Below the pieces are notes generated by a model. The model worked only from the letters and a program-made list of their open reading frames with translations, ran no database searches and had not been told where the DNA came from. Shown piece by piece: positions 9,905-19,137 of a DNA stretch of 64,000 nt. How positions within the stretch are numbered: position 1 is the stretch's first letter; each line of letters opens with the position of its first letter. The stretch lies in contig CAVPZX010000002.1 in assembly GCA_963710375.1 (NCBI GenBank), positions 928,001 to 992,000 on the forward strand. The letters run 5' to 3'. A program made the position numbers and the translations under genes. Source of the DNA: Nitrospirota bacterium. Lineage in GTDB: Bacteria; Nitrospirota; Thermodesulfovibrionia; Thermodesulfovibrionales; Dissulfurispiraceae.

Positions 9905-10459
9905 TCATCTGTCTAAACCACCGATAATGTCAGTTGGATGAATCATTTTATCCAAAAGATCCAAAAGGCCCTTGAGCAAGGCAGTAGGAGTCGGAGGGCA
10001 GCCAGGTATATAGCAGTCAACAGGGATTACGCCGGCGACTCCGTTTGTAACTGCATAACTGCCTTTATAGATTCCTCCGTCGATCGTGCAATCGCCGCAT
10101 GCAACAACAAGTCTCGGCGCCGGTGTGGCAATATACGTCTTTTTAAGCGCAAATTCCATCTGCCTCGAAACAGGGCCTGTAACGAGCAGGAGGTCGGCAT
10201 GCCTCGGTGATGCCACGAAATCAATACCAAATCTCTGAATATCATAAACAGGGTTGATAAGCGCTGTGCACTCCCATTCGCAGGCATTGCACGAGCCTGC
10301 ATCCACCTGCCTGATCCTTAAAGACCTTTCAAATACACTGTCAATCTTTTCCTTGAGCAACACAATTTGTGCAGCTTCTTCAGAAGAAACCGTGAACCCT
10401 TCCGGAAAGGGTACCACGCCTTTCCTGGCTGTAATATTTTTCAATATTTCTCTAATCAC
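9905..10459 (-). CDS. Ehr/hydrogenase-4-like small Fe-S subunit (HyfI/NuoB family, EhrS)
   Basis: DAGSCNACEWE, ASPRHADLLLVTGPV, VACGDC, IPGCPPTP. Confidence 0.85.
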   Translation of the reverse strand: MIREILKNITARKGVVPFPEGFTVSSEEAAQIVLLKEKIDSVFERSLRIRQVDAGSCNACEWECTALINPVYDIQRFGIDFVASPRHADLLLVTGPVSRQMEFALKKTYIATPAPRLVVACGDCTIDGGIYKGSYAVTNGVAGVIPVDCYIPGCPPTPTALLKGLLDLLDKMIHPTDIIGGLDR

Positions 10460-11991
10460 ATATCACATCCTGAATAAGATAAATTAAAGCTCTTATTGCA
10501 GAGGGGGAAATCGGGCACTATATTGCCGTGTACTGCAAACGGCACCAAAGGCCAGTTGCAATAGGACGGAGACCTTAATTTCACACGCAAGGGTTTGCCT
10601 TCACTGTCAGACTTGACCCAGTAGAACACAGAACCCCTTGGGGTCTCCGTATAGCCCAATGCGGAAGAAAAATCAGGTACATCTTTTATTAATCCGGCAG
10701 ATAGTACGCCCTCTAACTTTCTTTCGAGGAGCGCATTAATCAGCGATATCGAGCATTCCGCCTCGCCTGCCCTGACCATCATCCGCGCATAAACATCTCC
10801 CTGGGGCATTGTGCGCACCTCAAAATCAAGACTGCCATACAGCAGGTGTGGATGGGCTTTTCTTATATCGTCGTCAATTCCGGATGCCCTTGCAGCAATG
10901 CCGGTAGCGCCTAACTTCATTGCAATATCCTTTGATAATATCCCCGCGTTCTGGAGCCTTTCCACATGCGAGACCGTGCCCCGCAGCAACTTCATAAATT
11001 CCCTGTATTCGCCGGTTACGGTATCGACCGTTGAGCGGATATCATCTCGCTGCAGGAATACGTCTTTTATAACTCCGCCTATAGTGTTTATACCTCTCAG
11101 GTATCTGCTCCCTGTCAGCCTTCCATTAAGCTGCATAAGCCTTTCCTTTATGACAGCCCCCTTCGCATATCCCACTGCCAGGCCTGTGCCGGCACACATA
11201 TTCCCGATATCGCCTATGTGGTTATAGAGCCTTTCAAGCTCCAGAAGCAGGGTCCTGACCGCCTTCGCGTGTTCCGGCAATTCAATTCCGGACATTCTCT
11301 CGACAGCCATGCAATAAGCGGATGAATGAGAAAAAGAAGATGTCCCCGAAACCCTTTCCGCAAGCTTTACCCCCTCGGTAAATCCGATGCGCTCAAAATG
11401 TTTCTCTGTACCTTTATGAGTATAAAACAACCTCGGCTCAAGGAAAAATATCGTCTCGCCGACTGCACTGAATCTGAAGTGGCCGGGTTCAATGATCCCT
11501 GCGTGTACAGGACCGACAGGGATTTCGTAAATCCCTTCTCCCTGGACCTTCATAAACCGGTACGGCTCTTTTATTGCGGTACCCTCTCCCCACTCCTTCA
11601 AATCGGCGTCCGAAATGTTCCAGTCCTTTCTCAATGGATGCGAGCCGGATGGGAATGCATCGTGGAATATTAGTCTGCGCAGATCAGGATGGCCTTCCGG
11701 AGCCAAACCGAACATGTCCCGTATCTCCCTTTCGTACCAGTGCACTGCCGGGACATCGGTTGTCATACTCCGGTATCCGGGGTTATCTCCCTCAAGTCTC
11801 ATGAACGGAATATGAAAAACATCCCTGCCCCGCTCAGAGAAAACCGCATATACTTTAAAGCATCCATCAGCTGCCCTGTCGTCTACGGCAAACATAAGGC
11901 GCAGAATAAAGTTGCCGCTGTTCGCGAGAGAGACGCAGCGGTCCCTGAATGCATCCTTTCCGAGTTCCAGATAAACTTCGTTTTCAGCCAT
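10456..11991 (-). CDS. Ehr large subunit (HyfG/NuoCD-like, EhrL) lacking NiFe ligands
   Basis: WYEREIRDMFG, GPVHAGIIEPGHFRF, ETPRG; the first Ni motif reads ERVSGTSS and the C-terminus reads NKSFNLSYSGCDM, so neither has CxxC. Confidence 0.85.
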   Translation of the reverse strand: MAENEVYLELGKDAFRDRCVSLANSGNFILRLMFAVDDRAADGCFKVYAVFSERGRDVFHIPFMRLEGDNPGYRSMTTDVPAVHWYEREIRDMFGLAPEGHPDLRRLIFHDAFPSGSHPLRKDWNISDADLKEWGEGTAIKEPYRFMKVQGEGIYEIPVGPVHAGIIEPGHFRFSAVGETIFFLEPRLFYTHKGTEKHFERIGFTEGVKLAERVSGTSSFSHSSAYCMAVERMSGIELPEHAKAVRTLLLELERLYNHIGDIGNMCAGTGLAVGYAKGAVIKERLMQLNGRLTGSRYLRGINTIGGVIKDVFLQRDDIRSTVDTVTGEYREFMKLLRGTVSHVERLQNAGILSKDIAMKLGATGIAARASGIDDDIRKAHPHLLYGSLDFEVRTMPQGDVYARMMVRAGEAECSISLINALLERKLEGVLSAGLIKDVPDFSSALGYTETPRGSVFYWVKSDSEGKPLRVKLRSPSYCNWPLVPFAVHGNIVPDFPLCNKSFNLSYSGCDM

Positions 11992-11996
11992 TTTCC

Positions 11997-13451
11997 TTAA
12001 ACTCCCAAAATAATTCTAACCGAACTGGCCAACATATTCCCAAGAAAGGGAGGTATATAAAGGCCGCATAGAAGCATAACAGCCGCCATTGCAACCATGA
12101 CAGCGCTGACCGGCTTTCCCTCTTTTTCGTTTTCCCCGCTTGCGGATTTGCCAAAGGCCATACTGCCGAAATGATGCAGGACCCCGCCGAAGATGATTGT
12201 AGCAAATACGAGAAAAAGCGCCAATGTAGTCCATTGGCCGGCATCAGCAGCAGCCTTGAGGATAATGAATTCGCTCAGGAATATATTGAACGGAGGCGTG
12301 CCTGCAATAGCCAGAGCGGCAAGAAGCATTATGGTCCCTGACACAGGCATCCTTGTGATTACACCTTTGACTTTTTCTATCTTTGTTGTATGATACCTGA
12401 GCCTTACCCTTCCGGTTGTAAAAAAAAGGAGTGTTTTTACAACTGCATGGTTCAGGATATGGAACAGCGAACCGTAGATGCCCCAAAAACCTCCTATCCC
12501 TATTCCTGTCGCGATGATACCTATGTGTTCGATGCTATGGTATGCGAGAAGCCTCTTGTAGTTGTCCTGCAGCAGTATAAAGGCTGTGGCAATGCCCATG
12601 GACAACAGCCCGAAAAACAGCATGAGGCCGTTCGCGTAAGAATCTCCTGTTGCCCTGTTAACTATAATGATAAACCTGATAATACCGATAAATGAGCATT
12701 TAAGAAGTATGCCTGAAAGCAGGGCGCTTATAGGCGTTGGCGCCTGGCTGTGCGCATCAGGGAGCCAGTTGTGCACAGGCGCAAGCCCGGCCTTTGCGCC
12801 GTAACCGACAAGAATAAAGATAAACGCCAACTTCATGGTTGAAGGATTCAGCTTGTTCGCCATGTCCCTCAGTTCCGTCCAGTTCAGCGTGCCGCTTCCT
12901 CCCATCACTGATGTGGAGGCATAATAAGTGATGAAGATGCCGAGGAGCGCAAAGGTTATACCGACAGTGCAGAGGATAATATATTTCCACGCAGCTTCTA
13001 TTGACTGGGTATTTTTATAAAGGCCTACCAGAAGCGCGGACACAAGAGTCGTCCCTTCAATAGCTATCCAGAACACCGCAAGGTTGTTCGAGACTGTTGT
13101 AAGAAGCATCGTAAATATAAACAAATGCATCAGGGCATAGTAATGCCTCAGGTCTTTCAGCTTTATTATTCCCTGTTCAAACTCCTGTCCCATGTAATCC
13201 ATGGAATATATAGCTGTAACAAGTGAAATAACGACTACTATTGCCATAATATATGAAGAAAGAGCGTCCATATAAAGCAGGCCGCCAAGAGAATAACGGG
13301 GTGAACTGAGCGATGCGCTTATCGGGGCAATCGATGCAAAGGTCAGAAGCACTGCTCCAAGCAAGTTTACATATTCGATAGCTTTTCTATTCCGTAACGA
13401 ATAGCATAAGATGGCTGTAAAAAGCGGAATGAGAAGCAATACCCTTATCAT
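11997..13451 (-). CDS. hyfF: Hydrogenase-4 component F-like proton-translocating subunit (Ehr)
   Basis: EAAWKYIIL, KAGLAPVHNWLPDAHSQAPTPISALLSG, KRLLAYHSIEH. Confidence 0.85.
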   Translation of the reverse strand: MIRVLLLIPLFTAILCYSLRNRKAIEYVNLLGAVLLTFASIAPISASLSSPRYSLGGLLYMDALSSYIMAIVVVISLVTAIYSMDYMGQEFEQGIIKLKDLRHYYALMHLFIFTMLLTTVSNNLAVFWIAIEGTTLVSALLVGLYKNTQSIEAAWKYIILCTVGITFALLGIFITYYASTSVMGGSGTLNWTELRDMANKLNPSTMKLAFIFILVGYGAKAGLAPVHNWLPDAHSQAPTPISALLSGILLKCSFIGIIRFIIIVNRATGDSYANGLMLFFGLLSMGIATAFILLQDNYKRLLAYHSIEHIGIIATGIGIGGFWGIYGSLFHILNHAVVKTLLFFTTGRVRLRYHTTKIEKVKGVITRMPVSGTIMLLAALAIAGTPPFNIFLSEFIILKAAADAGQWTTLALFLVFATIIFGGVLHHFGSMAFGKSASGENEKEGKPVSAVMVAMAAVMLLCGLYIPPFLGNMLASSVRIILGV

Positions 13452-13460
13452 AAAAGACCG

Positions 13461-14119
13461 TTATCCTTTCAGTATTGTTAATTTATCGAGATCTGCAGTT
13501 GCGAAGGCCCGCTTGATCTGGATAGAAAAAATCCCGAGAATTATCACACCCATGAGCATATCGAATAAAACGCCGACTCTATAATGATAGGCATGCCGAA
13601 GGTCAGGGAAAAGCCTGCCAGAAAAAGCCCGTTCTCCATGCACAACAACCCTATGACCTGGGTTATCGCTTTTTTCCTGGTTATCATGATAAACAGCCCT
13701 ATCAGTATTACGGCAATGGATATCTGGAGCACATTTTTTGAGAAGCCAATGACAAAAATACCCTCACTCAGTGACGTATAAACAACTGCCACCAGGATTC
13801 CCGAGATTGTGAGCGAAAGGGTATTGCTGATGTATGGTTCGTCATCATAGGTAATATCCATTTTCCGCACTACCTTCTTCAGCAGCATGGGTATGATTAT
13901 CCCCTTGCTTAACAGGGTAGTGACAGATGCTATGTAAAGGTGAGTTTCGCCGATCATGAATGCCACAATGGCTATCAATGAAGAAAGAAGCCATGAATTC
14001 AGGATATAGGCCCGCAAATAAGATTCAAGCCTCCTGAAGGCATTCATGGCGATCGCGGTCAGCAGTATGCCCACTGAGATGAAATCGATAATTGAAAAAA
14101 CCTGAATCCAGTTTTTCAT
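13461..14119 (-). CDS. hyfE: Hydrogenase-4 component E-like membrane subunit (Ehr); one-base deletion at ~13577, probably a sequencing artefact
   Basis: ORF 13544-14119 (QVIGLLCMENG) joins ORF 13461-13643 (GVLFDMLMGVIILG...TILKG) if GAGTC is read as GAGCTC (E-L-G-V-L-F-D). Confidence 0.8.
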
Positions 14120-14120
14120 C

Positions 14121-15038
14121 CTATTTACCCATCATGATATACGTTAAAAGAGAGAGCACTGCCAAAACAAAGGCCCCTCCGAGCAATGACGGCAGCTCAA
14201 AGAACCTCATTTTTGACCTCGTGGACTCTACAGTCGCCATCAAAACAGATATGCAAAACATTTTCAGAAAATAAAGAGCGGAGGATATCCCGAGACTTGA
14301 TATTCCCAGAGTATTCGAAATACCCATCGGGAAAAAAATGTCTGCGACAATGGTAAACAGAAGCATCTGTTTCATATAATGGGCCCATTCCATAAGCGCC
14401 AGATATCTTCCGGAATACTCAAGGACCATCCCTTCGTGGATCATTGTAAGTTCAAGGTGAGTATCCGGGTTATCGACAGGTATTCTCCCTGTTTCCGCGA
14501 TTATCGCTATCATAAACGCGGAGAGTGCAAGAATATGCGATGGCGTATAAGCGATGCTCTGCGCCTCTGCGATCCTTGCCATGTTCGTTGAGCCAGCCGA
14601 TATCGCAGCAGTGAATATACTGAGCATCATCATAGGCTCAACGAGAATTGCAACTGTCATCTCCCTGCTGCTGCCCTCTCCGCCAAAGGCGGTACCGGCA
14701 TCAAGTCCTGACAGCGCCATAAAAAACCTTCCCAACCCGAACAGGTAAATCAGCGCTATTACATCGCCCATCATAGCAAACCGGTAACTCGTCGTAATGA
14801 CCGGCACAATCATGGCAGCAGCAGCAGTCGATGCGAATACTATGTATGGGGTCGCCTTGAATATCCATGATGTAATGCCGGAAACAACCATATCTTTATG
14901 AAAAAGCCTCAAGAGGTCATAATATGGCTGAAAAACACCCGGACCCACCCGGCCCTGCATGTTCGCCTTGAGTTTCTTGATGACTCCCTGAATCAACGGG
15001 GAAAATAGAATGATTATTATGAATTGCATATATTCCAT
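14121..15038 (-). CDS. hyfC: Hydrogenase-4 component C / NuoH-like subunit (Ehr)
   Basis: QGRVGPGVFQPYYDL, ETGRIPVDNPDTHLELTMIHEGMVLEYSG. Confidence 0.85.
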   Translation of the reverse strand: MEYMQFIIIILFSPLIQGVIKKLKANMQGRVGPGVFQPYYDLLRLFHKDMVVSGITSWIFKATPYIVFASTAAAAMIVPVITTSYRFAMMGDVIALIYLFGLGRFFMALSGLDAGTAFGGEGSSREMTVAILVEPMMMLSIFTAAISAGSTNMARIAEAQSIAYTPSHILALSAFMIAIIAETGRIPVDNPDTHLELTMIHEGMVLEYSGRYLALMEWAHYMKQMLLFTIVADIFFPMGISNTLGISSLGISSALYFLKMFCISVLMATVESTRSKMRFFELPSLLGGAFVLAVLSLLTYIMMGK

Positions 15039-15039
15039 G

Positions 15040-17031
15040 TCAGTGTCCGAATATGAGAAGAAGAATTAAAGTAATCAATATATACAGGAGATAGAGATGG
15101 AGACTGCCCGACTGCAGAAGTCTCACCTTTCCAGCGACTTTGAAAATGGAGCCCGTAACCGGCTCGTAAATATATTTTTCAAAAAACGGCGTTATCTCCC
15201 CTGTATATTTTATGGCCTTTACAAAAAACGGTTTCACACTATAAGAGATCCTGAGCTCTCTCCTTGGAAGGTATATCCTCTTGAATATCAGCCTTATCGG
15301 CTTTGTGAAGGCTGCTGCCGTATACTGCATCCTTGGAGTCAGAGAAGGGATTCCGCAGTCCCACGAATCGCCATATATTGTTTTTCTTTTGCCGCCGGCA
15401 GTCAGGACAAAAAGAACTGAAGCAGCGAACATGACAAGTACCGTGATGAGTATCGATACTGGTGACAAGCTGGCCAGGGTATCATTGATATATAGGAACC
15501 AGTTTCCTGTCACAATTCCCTGTGATCCTGTAAGCTGAAACGCAGATGAAGAAATCATGTTTATCGCCGCATTTGGGAATATTCCGAAGACCAGGCAAAG
15601 CAATGCAAGCATGCTCATGCCGATTATCATGGATAGCGGTGCTTCTTTGGCGTTCTCTGCATGCCGGCTCCGCGGCCTCCCGAGAAAGCTTATGCCGAAG
15701 GCCTTCACAAAGCACGCGGCAGCGAGCGCGCCTGTAAGTGCTAGCGCCGCGCCGCCCATGGGTGAAATAATTTTCGCTGTCATGTACGTTGATTTAAACC
15801 CGAGTATCAGTGACTGGTAGGTGAGCCACTCGCTTATAAACCCGTTGAATGGAGGAAATGCACATATTGAAACCGACCCTACAAGAAAAGTTATCGCAGT
15901 AAAAGGCATCGTCTTGATCAGACCACCCAGGTCTTCCATATTTTTTGTATGCGCAGCATGCATTACAGACCCTGCGCCGAGAAAAAGCAGGCCTTTGAAC
16001 ACGGCGTGATTCAATACATGGTAAAGTCCGGCTATAAGAGCTATGGACGCCAGGCTGTATAGGCCGTTACTCCTGAACATCATTGATGCCCCTAGACCGA
16101 GCAGGATAATTCCGATATTTTCAACGCTGTGATAGGCCAGGAGCCTTTTCATGTCGTGCTCCATGAGCGCGTATAATACTCCCAGTATCGAAGAGACCGC
16201 CCCAATAATAATAATGGTGATTCCCCACCAGCCCGGGCCCTGTCCCATGACGTCCATGCTTACCCTGACAAAACCGTAGATTCCTGTCTTTATCATTACC
16301 CCGGACATGAGCGCAGAGATATTCGACGGCGCCGCAGGATGTGCCTTCGGAAGCCAGGCGTGCAGGGGTACAATGCCGGCTTTCATGCCGAATCCGATTA
16401 TTGAAAAAATAAAGACGGTTGATTTAATATCGACGGATAATTTCGTGGCAAGGGTCTTTATCGATGAGAAATCCATCTGCCCGGTATTTTTGTAAAGCAC
16501 TAAAAAAAGCGCTATTATGAACGCGGTCCCTATATGGGTCATAACAGCATATATCAGTCCGGCCCTGGCTGATTTTTCGTCCCTGTCAAATGTTACGAGG
16601 AAATATGAAACAACGGACATGGTCTCCCATGATATGAGGAATGTAATAATGTTGCCGGACAGAACTACCGCGTACATGCTCAAAATAAAGAGATTGTAAA
16701 GAAACCCCATCGACCCTTTATTGGCAGAGTTTTTTATGTAGCCAATGGAATATATCGATACAGGCAAGACCAAAATAGATATTACGGTGACAAAAAAACC
16801 TGAAAGTGGGTCTCCGCGAAAGACAAACTCAAGGGCGGACGATATCGGCACCGAAGCTATATTCATCCCCGCGCCGGAACAAAGATATAAACCCGAAATG
16901 ATAAGGTTCAGGGCGCCTATGGCCGGTAGGACAAAAAAATATTCTTTTGCTCTTCGCGGGATTATTAAGGAACCGACTGCGCCAAAAAGAAAAAAGAGTA
17001 TCCCTGTATTTAAAAAATATTCCGCATCCAT
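15040..17031 (-). CDS. hyfB: Hydrogenase-4 component B-like proton-translocating subunit (Ehr)
   Basis: KAGIVPLHAWLPKAHPAAPSNISALMSG, KRLLAYHSVENIG, WDCG...RMQYTA. Confidence 0.85.
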   Translation of the reverse strand: MDAEYFLNTGILFFLFGAVGSLIIPRRAKEYFFVLPAIGALNLIISGLYLCSGAGMNIASVPISSALEFVFRGDPLSGFFVTVISILVLPVSIYSIGYIKNSANKGSMGFLYNLFILSMYAVVLSGNIITFLISWETMSVVSYFLVTFDRDEKSARAGLIYAVMTHIGTAFIIALFLVLYKNTGQMDFSSIKTLATKLSVDIKSTVFIFSIIGFGMKAGIVPLHAWLPKAHPAAPSNISALMSGVMIKTGIYGFVRVSMDVMGQGPGWWGITIIIIGAVSSILGVLYALMEHDMKRLLAYHSVENIGIILLGLGASMMFRSNGLYSLASIALIAGLYHVLNHAVFKGLLFLGAGSVMHAAHTKNMEDLGGLIKTMPFTAITFLVGSVSICAFPPFNGFISEWLTYQSLILGFKSTYMTAKIISPMGGAALALTGALAAACFVKAFGISFLGRPRSRHAENAKEAPLSMIIGMSMLALLCLVFGIFPNAAINMISSSAFQLTGSQGIVTGNWFLYINDTLASLSPVSILITVLVMFAASVLFVLTAGGKRKTIYGDSWDCGIPSLTPRMQYTAAAFTKPIRLIFKRIYLPRRELRISYSVKPFFVKAIKYTGEITPFFEKYIYEPVTGSIFKVAGKVRLLQSGSLHLYLLYILITLILLLIFGH

Positions 17032-17088
17032 TTTTAAAATCTGTTTATTTTACCACATTGGCCTCTAAAAGACTTTTGATCGCATCTT

Positions 17089-17104
17089 AGGGCTCGCGAG
17101 CCCT
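17089..17104. other. Perfect 16-bp palindrome (AGGGCTCGCGAGCCCT) between the CDF stop and hyfB
   Basis: Seen directly; possible hairpin or operator, no U-tract. Confidence 0.3.
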
Positions 17105-18492
17105 TAATCTTTTGCAAAAAGCGGTTCTGCATGGATAATGACCTGGCCGGCATTTGGGACAGTCTTATATATTACACCCTCGAGCTTGCTGGTTATAGAA
17201 TGCACATCCTCTAATAAGACACCGTCATCAAAAGAGCAATGCAGTGTTATAAACAATTTCTCTTTTTCCGTTTTCCTTATCTGGATATTATGCACTTCAT
17301 GAATACGGTCAATAGTACCTGCGGCACAGACAATGATCTTTCTGACCTCTGTCTCTTCGTCAGGTGACACAGCCTGACTTTTTCTTTCCTCTGAACGTAA
17401 AGGATCAATATGGACGCTGATGTCCAGGTTACCATCAAACTCTCTTCTGATGTCCTGTTCAAGAGTAGAGACAACTTCATGGGCCTCTTTGATGGTAAGA
17501 TTATGCTCCACTTCGACATCAAAGCTGATATATTTCTTGTCTTTCGCAATATTTGAAGAAATATTATGGATATACAGATTATGGTTGACGCCAATCAGAT
17601 GTACCCTTTCAGCGATCGTTTCACAGTCAAGGGCGATGGGTTTTGTATTTATTGTTATGTCTGCCACAGGGAGTAATTCGCGGACCTTTTGTTCGATAGT
17701 ACTGCAGATTGATTGAACGTTCTCCAGTGATAGTGTTCTGCTCACATCGAGCGACATCTCTACAAATGCAAAAGGACCGGCCGGTTTAACCCTGATTTTT
17801 TCTATCTTGATTACACCGTCAACCGCCCTGGTTATAACGGCGATCCGGTCCGTAAGCCCTTCAGGTGCAGCATCTATCAATACATCCACTGTCTTCTTGC
17901 CAAGACATAACGCTGCATAGGCAATCAACAGAGCGACCGCGATTCCGGCTACTGCATCGGCCCGGACTATGCCTGCCGCAACAAACAATAGACCAGCCAG
18001 CACCACAGCAGAACTGAGGATGTCCGACCTGAAATGAAGGGCATCCGCCTCCAGTGCCTGGCTCCTTGTTTCGATTGCGACCTTTTTCAGCATCCTCGCT
18101 CTCGAAAAATCCACAACCATAGAAATAACAAGGACAAGCAAAGAATACCATGCCACTCTCACATCCGATGTTTGGGGCATCAACAACCTATGGACAGCCG
18201 CGTAGATAATCCATACACTGGTGAGGAGCAAGATGCCGGTTTCGATCAACGCAACGACGCTTTCTACTTTGGTATGTCCATACTGATGTTCCCTGTCAGC
18301 AGGCTTGTCACCTACCTTCACGGCAAAGTAGGTCAGTGAGACCGCTCCGAAGTCAAGGCCTGAGTGCGCTGCTTCCGAGATAATACCGATACTGCCGGTG
18401 ACAATACCTACAACCAGTTTCATGGCAGCCAGCAGGAAGCTTGCGATTACAGAGCTCAGGGCAACGTTTTCTTTCCTGTGATTAAACCCCAT
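17104..18492 (-). CDS. Cation diffusion facilitator (CDF) metal transporter with an extended, repeated cytoplasmic domain
   Basis: EAAHSGLD and DALHFRSD HxxxD motifs, KPADREHQYGHTKVE; about three CTD-like repeats ending INTKP, VHIDP, IHAEP. Confidence 0.85.
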   Translation of the reverse strand: MGFNHRKENVALSSVIASFLLAAMKLVVGIVTGSIGIISEAAHSGLDFGAVSLTYFAVKVGDKPADREHQYGHTKVESVVALIETGILLLTSVWIIYAAVHRLLMPQTSDVRVAWYSLLVLVISMVVDFSRARMLKKVAIETRSQALEADALHFRSDILSSAVVLAGLLFVAAGIVRADAVAGIAVALLIAYAALCLGKKTVDVLIDAAPEGLTDRIAVITRAVDGVIKIEKIRVKPAGPFAFVEMSLDVSRTLSLENVQSICSTIEQKVRELLPVADITINTKPIALDCETIAERVHLIGVNHNLYIHNISSNIAKDKKYISFDVEVEHNLTIKEAHEVVSTLEQDIRREFDGNLDISVHIDPLRSEERKSQAVSPDEETEVRKIIVCAAGTIDRIHEVHNIQIRKTEKEKLFITLHCSFDDGVLLEDVHSITSKLEGVIYKTVPNAGQVIIHAEPLFAKD

Positions 18493-18521
18493 CAGTTCAA
18501 TTATCCCATATTTTATATAAA

Positions 18522-18597
18522 TGTCTGCTCAAATATTTTGCATTAAGTCAGAATGTCATTTTGCGGCGCATATGCCGAAATATTTTTTGAGCAGACA
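18522..18597. repeat. Short inverted repeat (TGTCTGCTCAAA ... TTTGAGCAGACA) upstream of the CDF gene
   Basis: 12-bp perfect arms at 18522-18533 and 18586-18597. Confidence 0.4.
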
Positions 18598-18696
18598 GGC
18601 AGTCCTCTCTTGCTCTTTAAATAAAATTTTGATAAAGTTTAGCAAATAACTCAGGGATACCCTGCGAAACTTCACTATCAAATATGGAGGAGCTTT

Positions 18697-18875
18697 ATGA
18701 AAATTGAGTGGAAGGGACTTTGATCAAATTTACACCGGAGAACGAAAGGGAAAAAAAAGAACTCAATCAGTTGTGGGTAATCGTGATCGGCTGTATGGAC
18801 CAAGGCAAGAAACTGGTGCCGGTCGGAGAGTATCTTCCGGGCATAAAGGAAGTGGCAACCTTTAATATGGAATAG
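18697..18875 (+). CDS. Small 59-aa hypothetical protein hidden by a one-base deletion at ~18717
   Basis: RBS GGAGGAG, ATG 18697; reading GGACTT as GGAGCTT gives MKIEWKGALIKFTPENEREKKELNQLWVIVIGCMDQGKKLVPVGEYLPGIKEVATFNME*. Not in the ORF track. Confidence 0.6.
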
Positions 18876-18888
18876 ATCTGACCCCGTC

Positions 18889-19031
18889 TTCTCGCAAGGC
18901 ATCCCACTGCTACCCCAGAGCCTTGCTCCGAGGCTATGACAGCCTGTGTCACCATCCTTGGTGTCACCTAGGCTGTCAAAGTCCGACCGTCACCATGTCC
19001 CGCCTGCTCCTGGTATAAATTTATGAATAAT
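18889..19031 (-). mobile_element. MITE family A, truncated inverted copy
   Basis: Reverse complement aligns closely with 33097-33226 (shared core GTGACACCAAGGATGGTGACACAGGCTGTCATAGCCTCGGAGCAAGGC); one TIR retained at 19004-19031 with 3 mismatches. Confidence 0.75.
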
Positions 19032-19137
19032 ATGGGCTGAACGGTAATCAAATTGCAAATGCTGTTGAATTGTGTTATGGATTTTGCTACAGTTAAGTTA
19101 ATTCCGTGATAAATCATAGCAGCATGGAGGCAGGAAC

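Noticed and set aside
9905..17031. Functional NiFe hydrogenase / formate hydrogenlyase
   Set aside because: The large subunit lacks both Ni-binding CxxC motifs.
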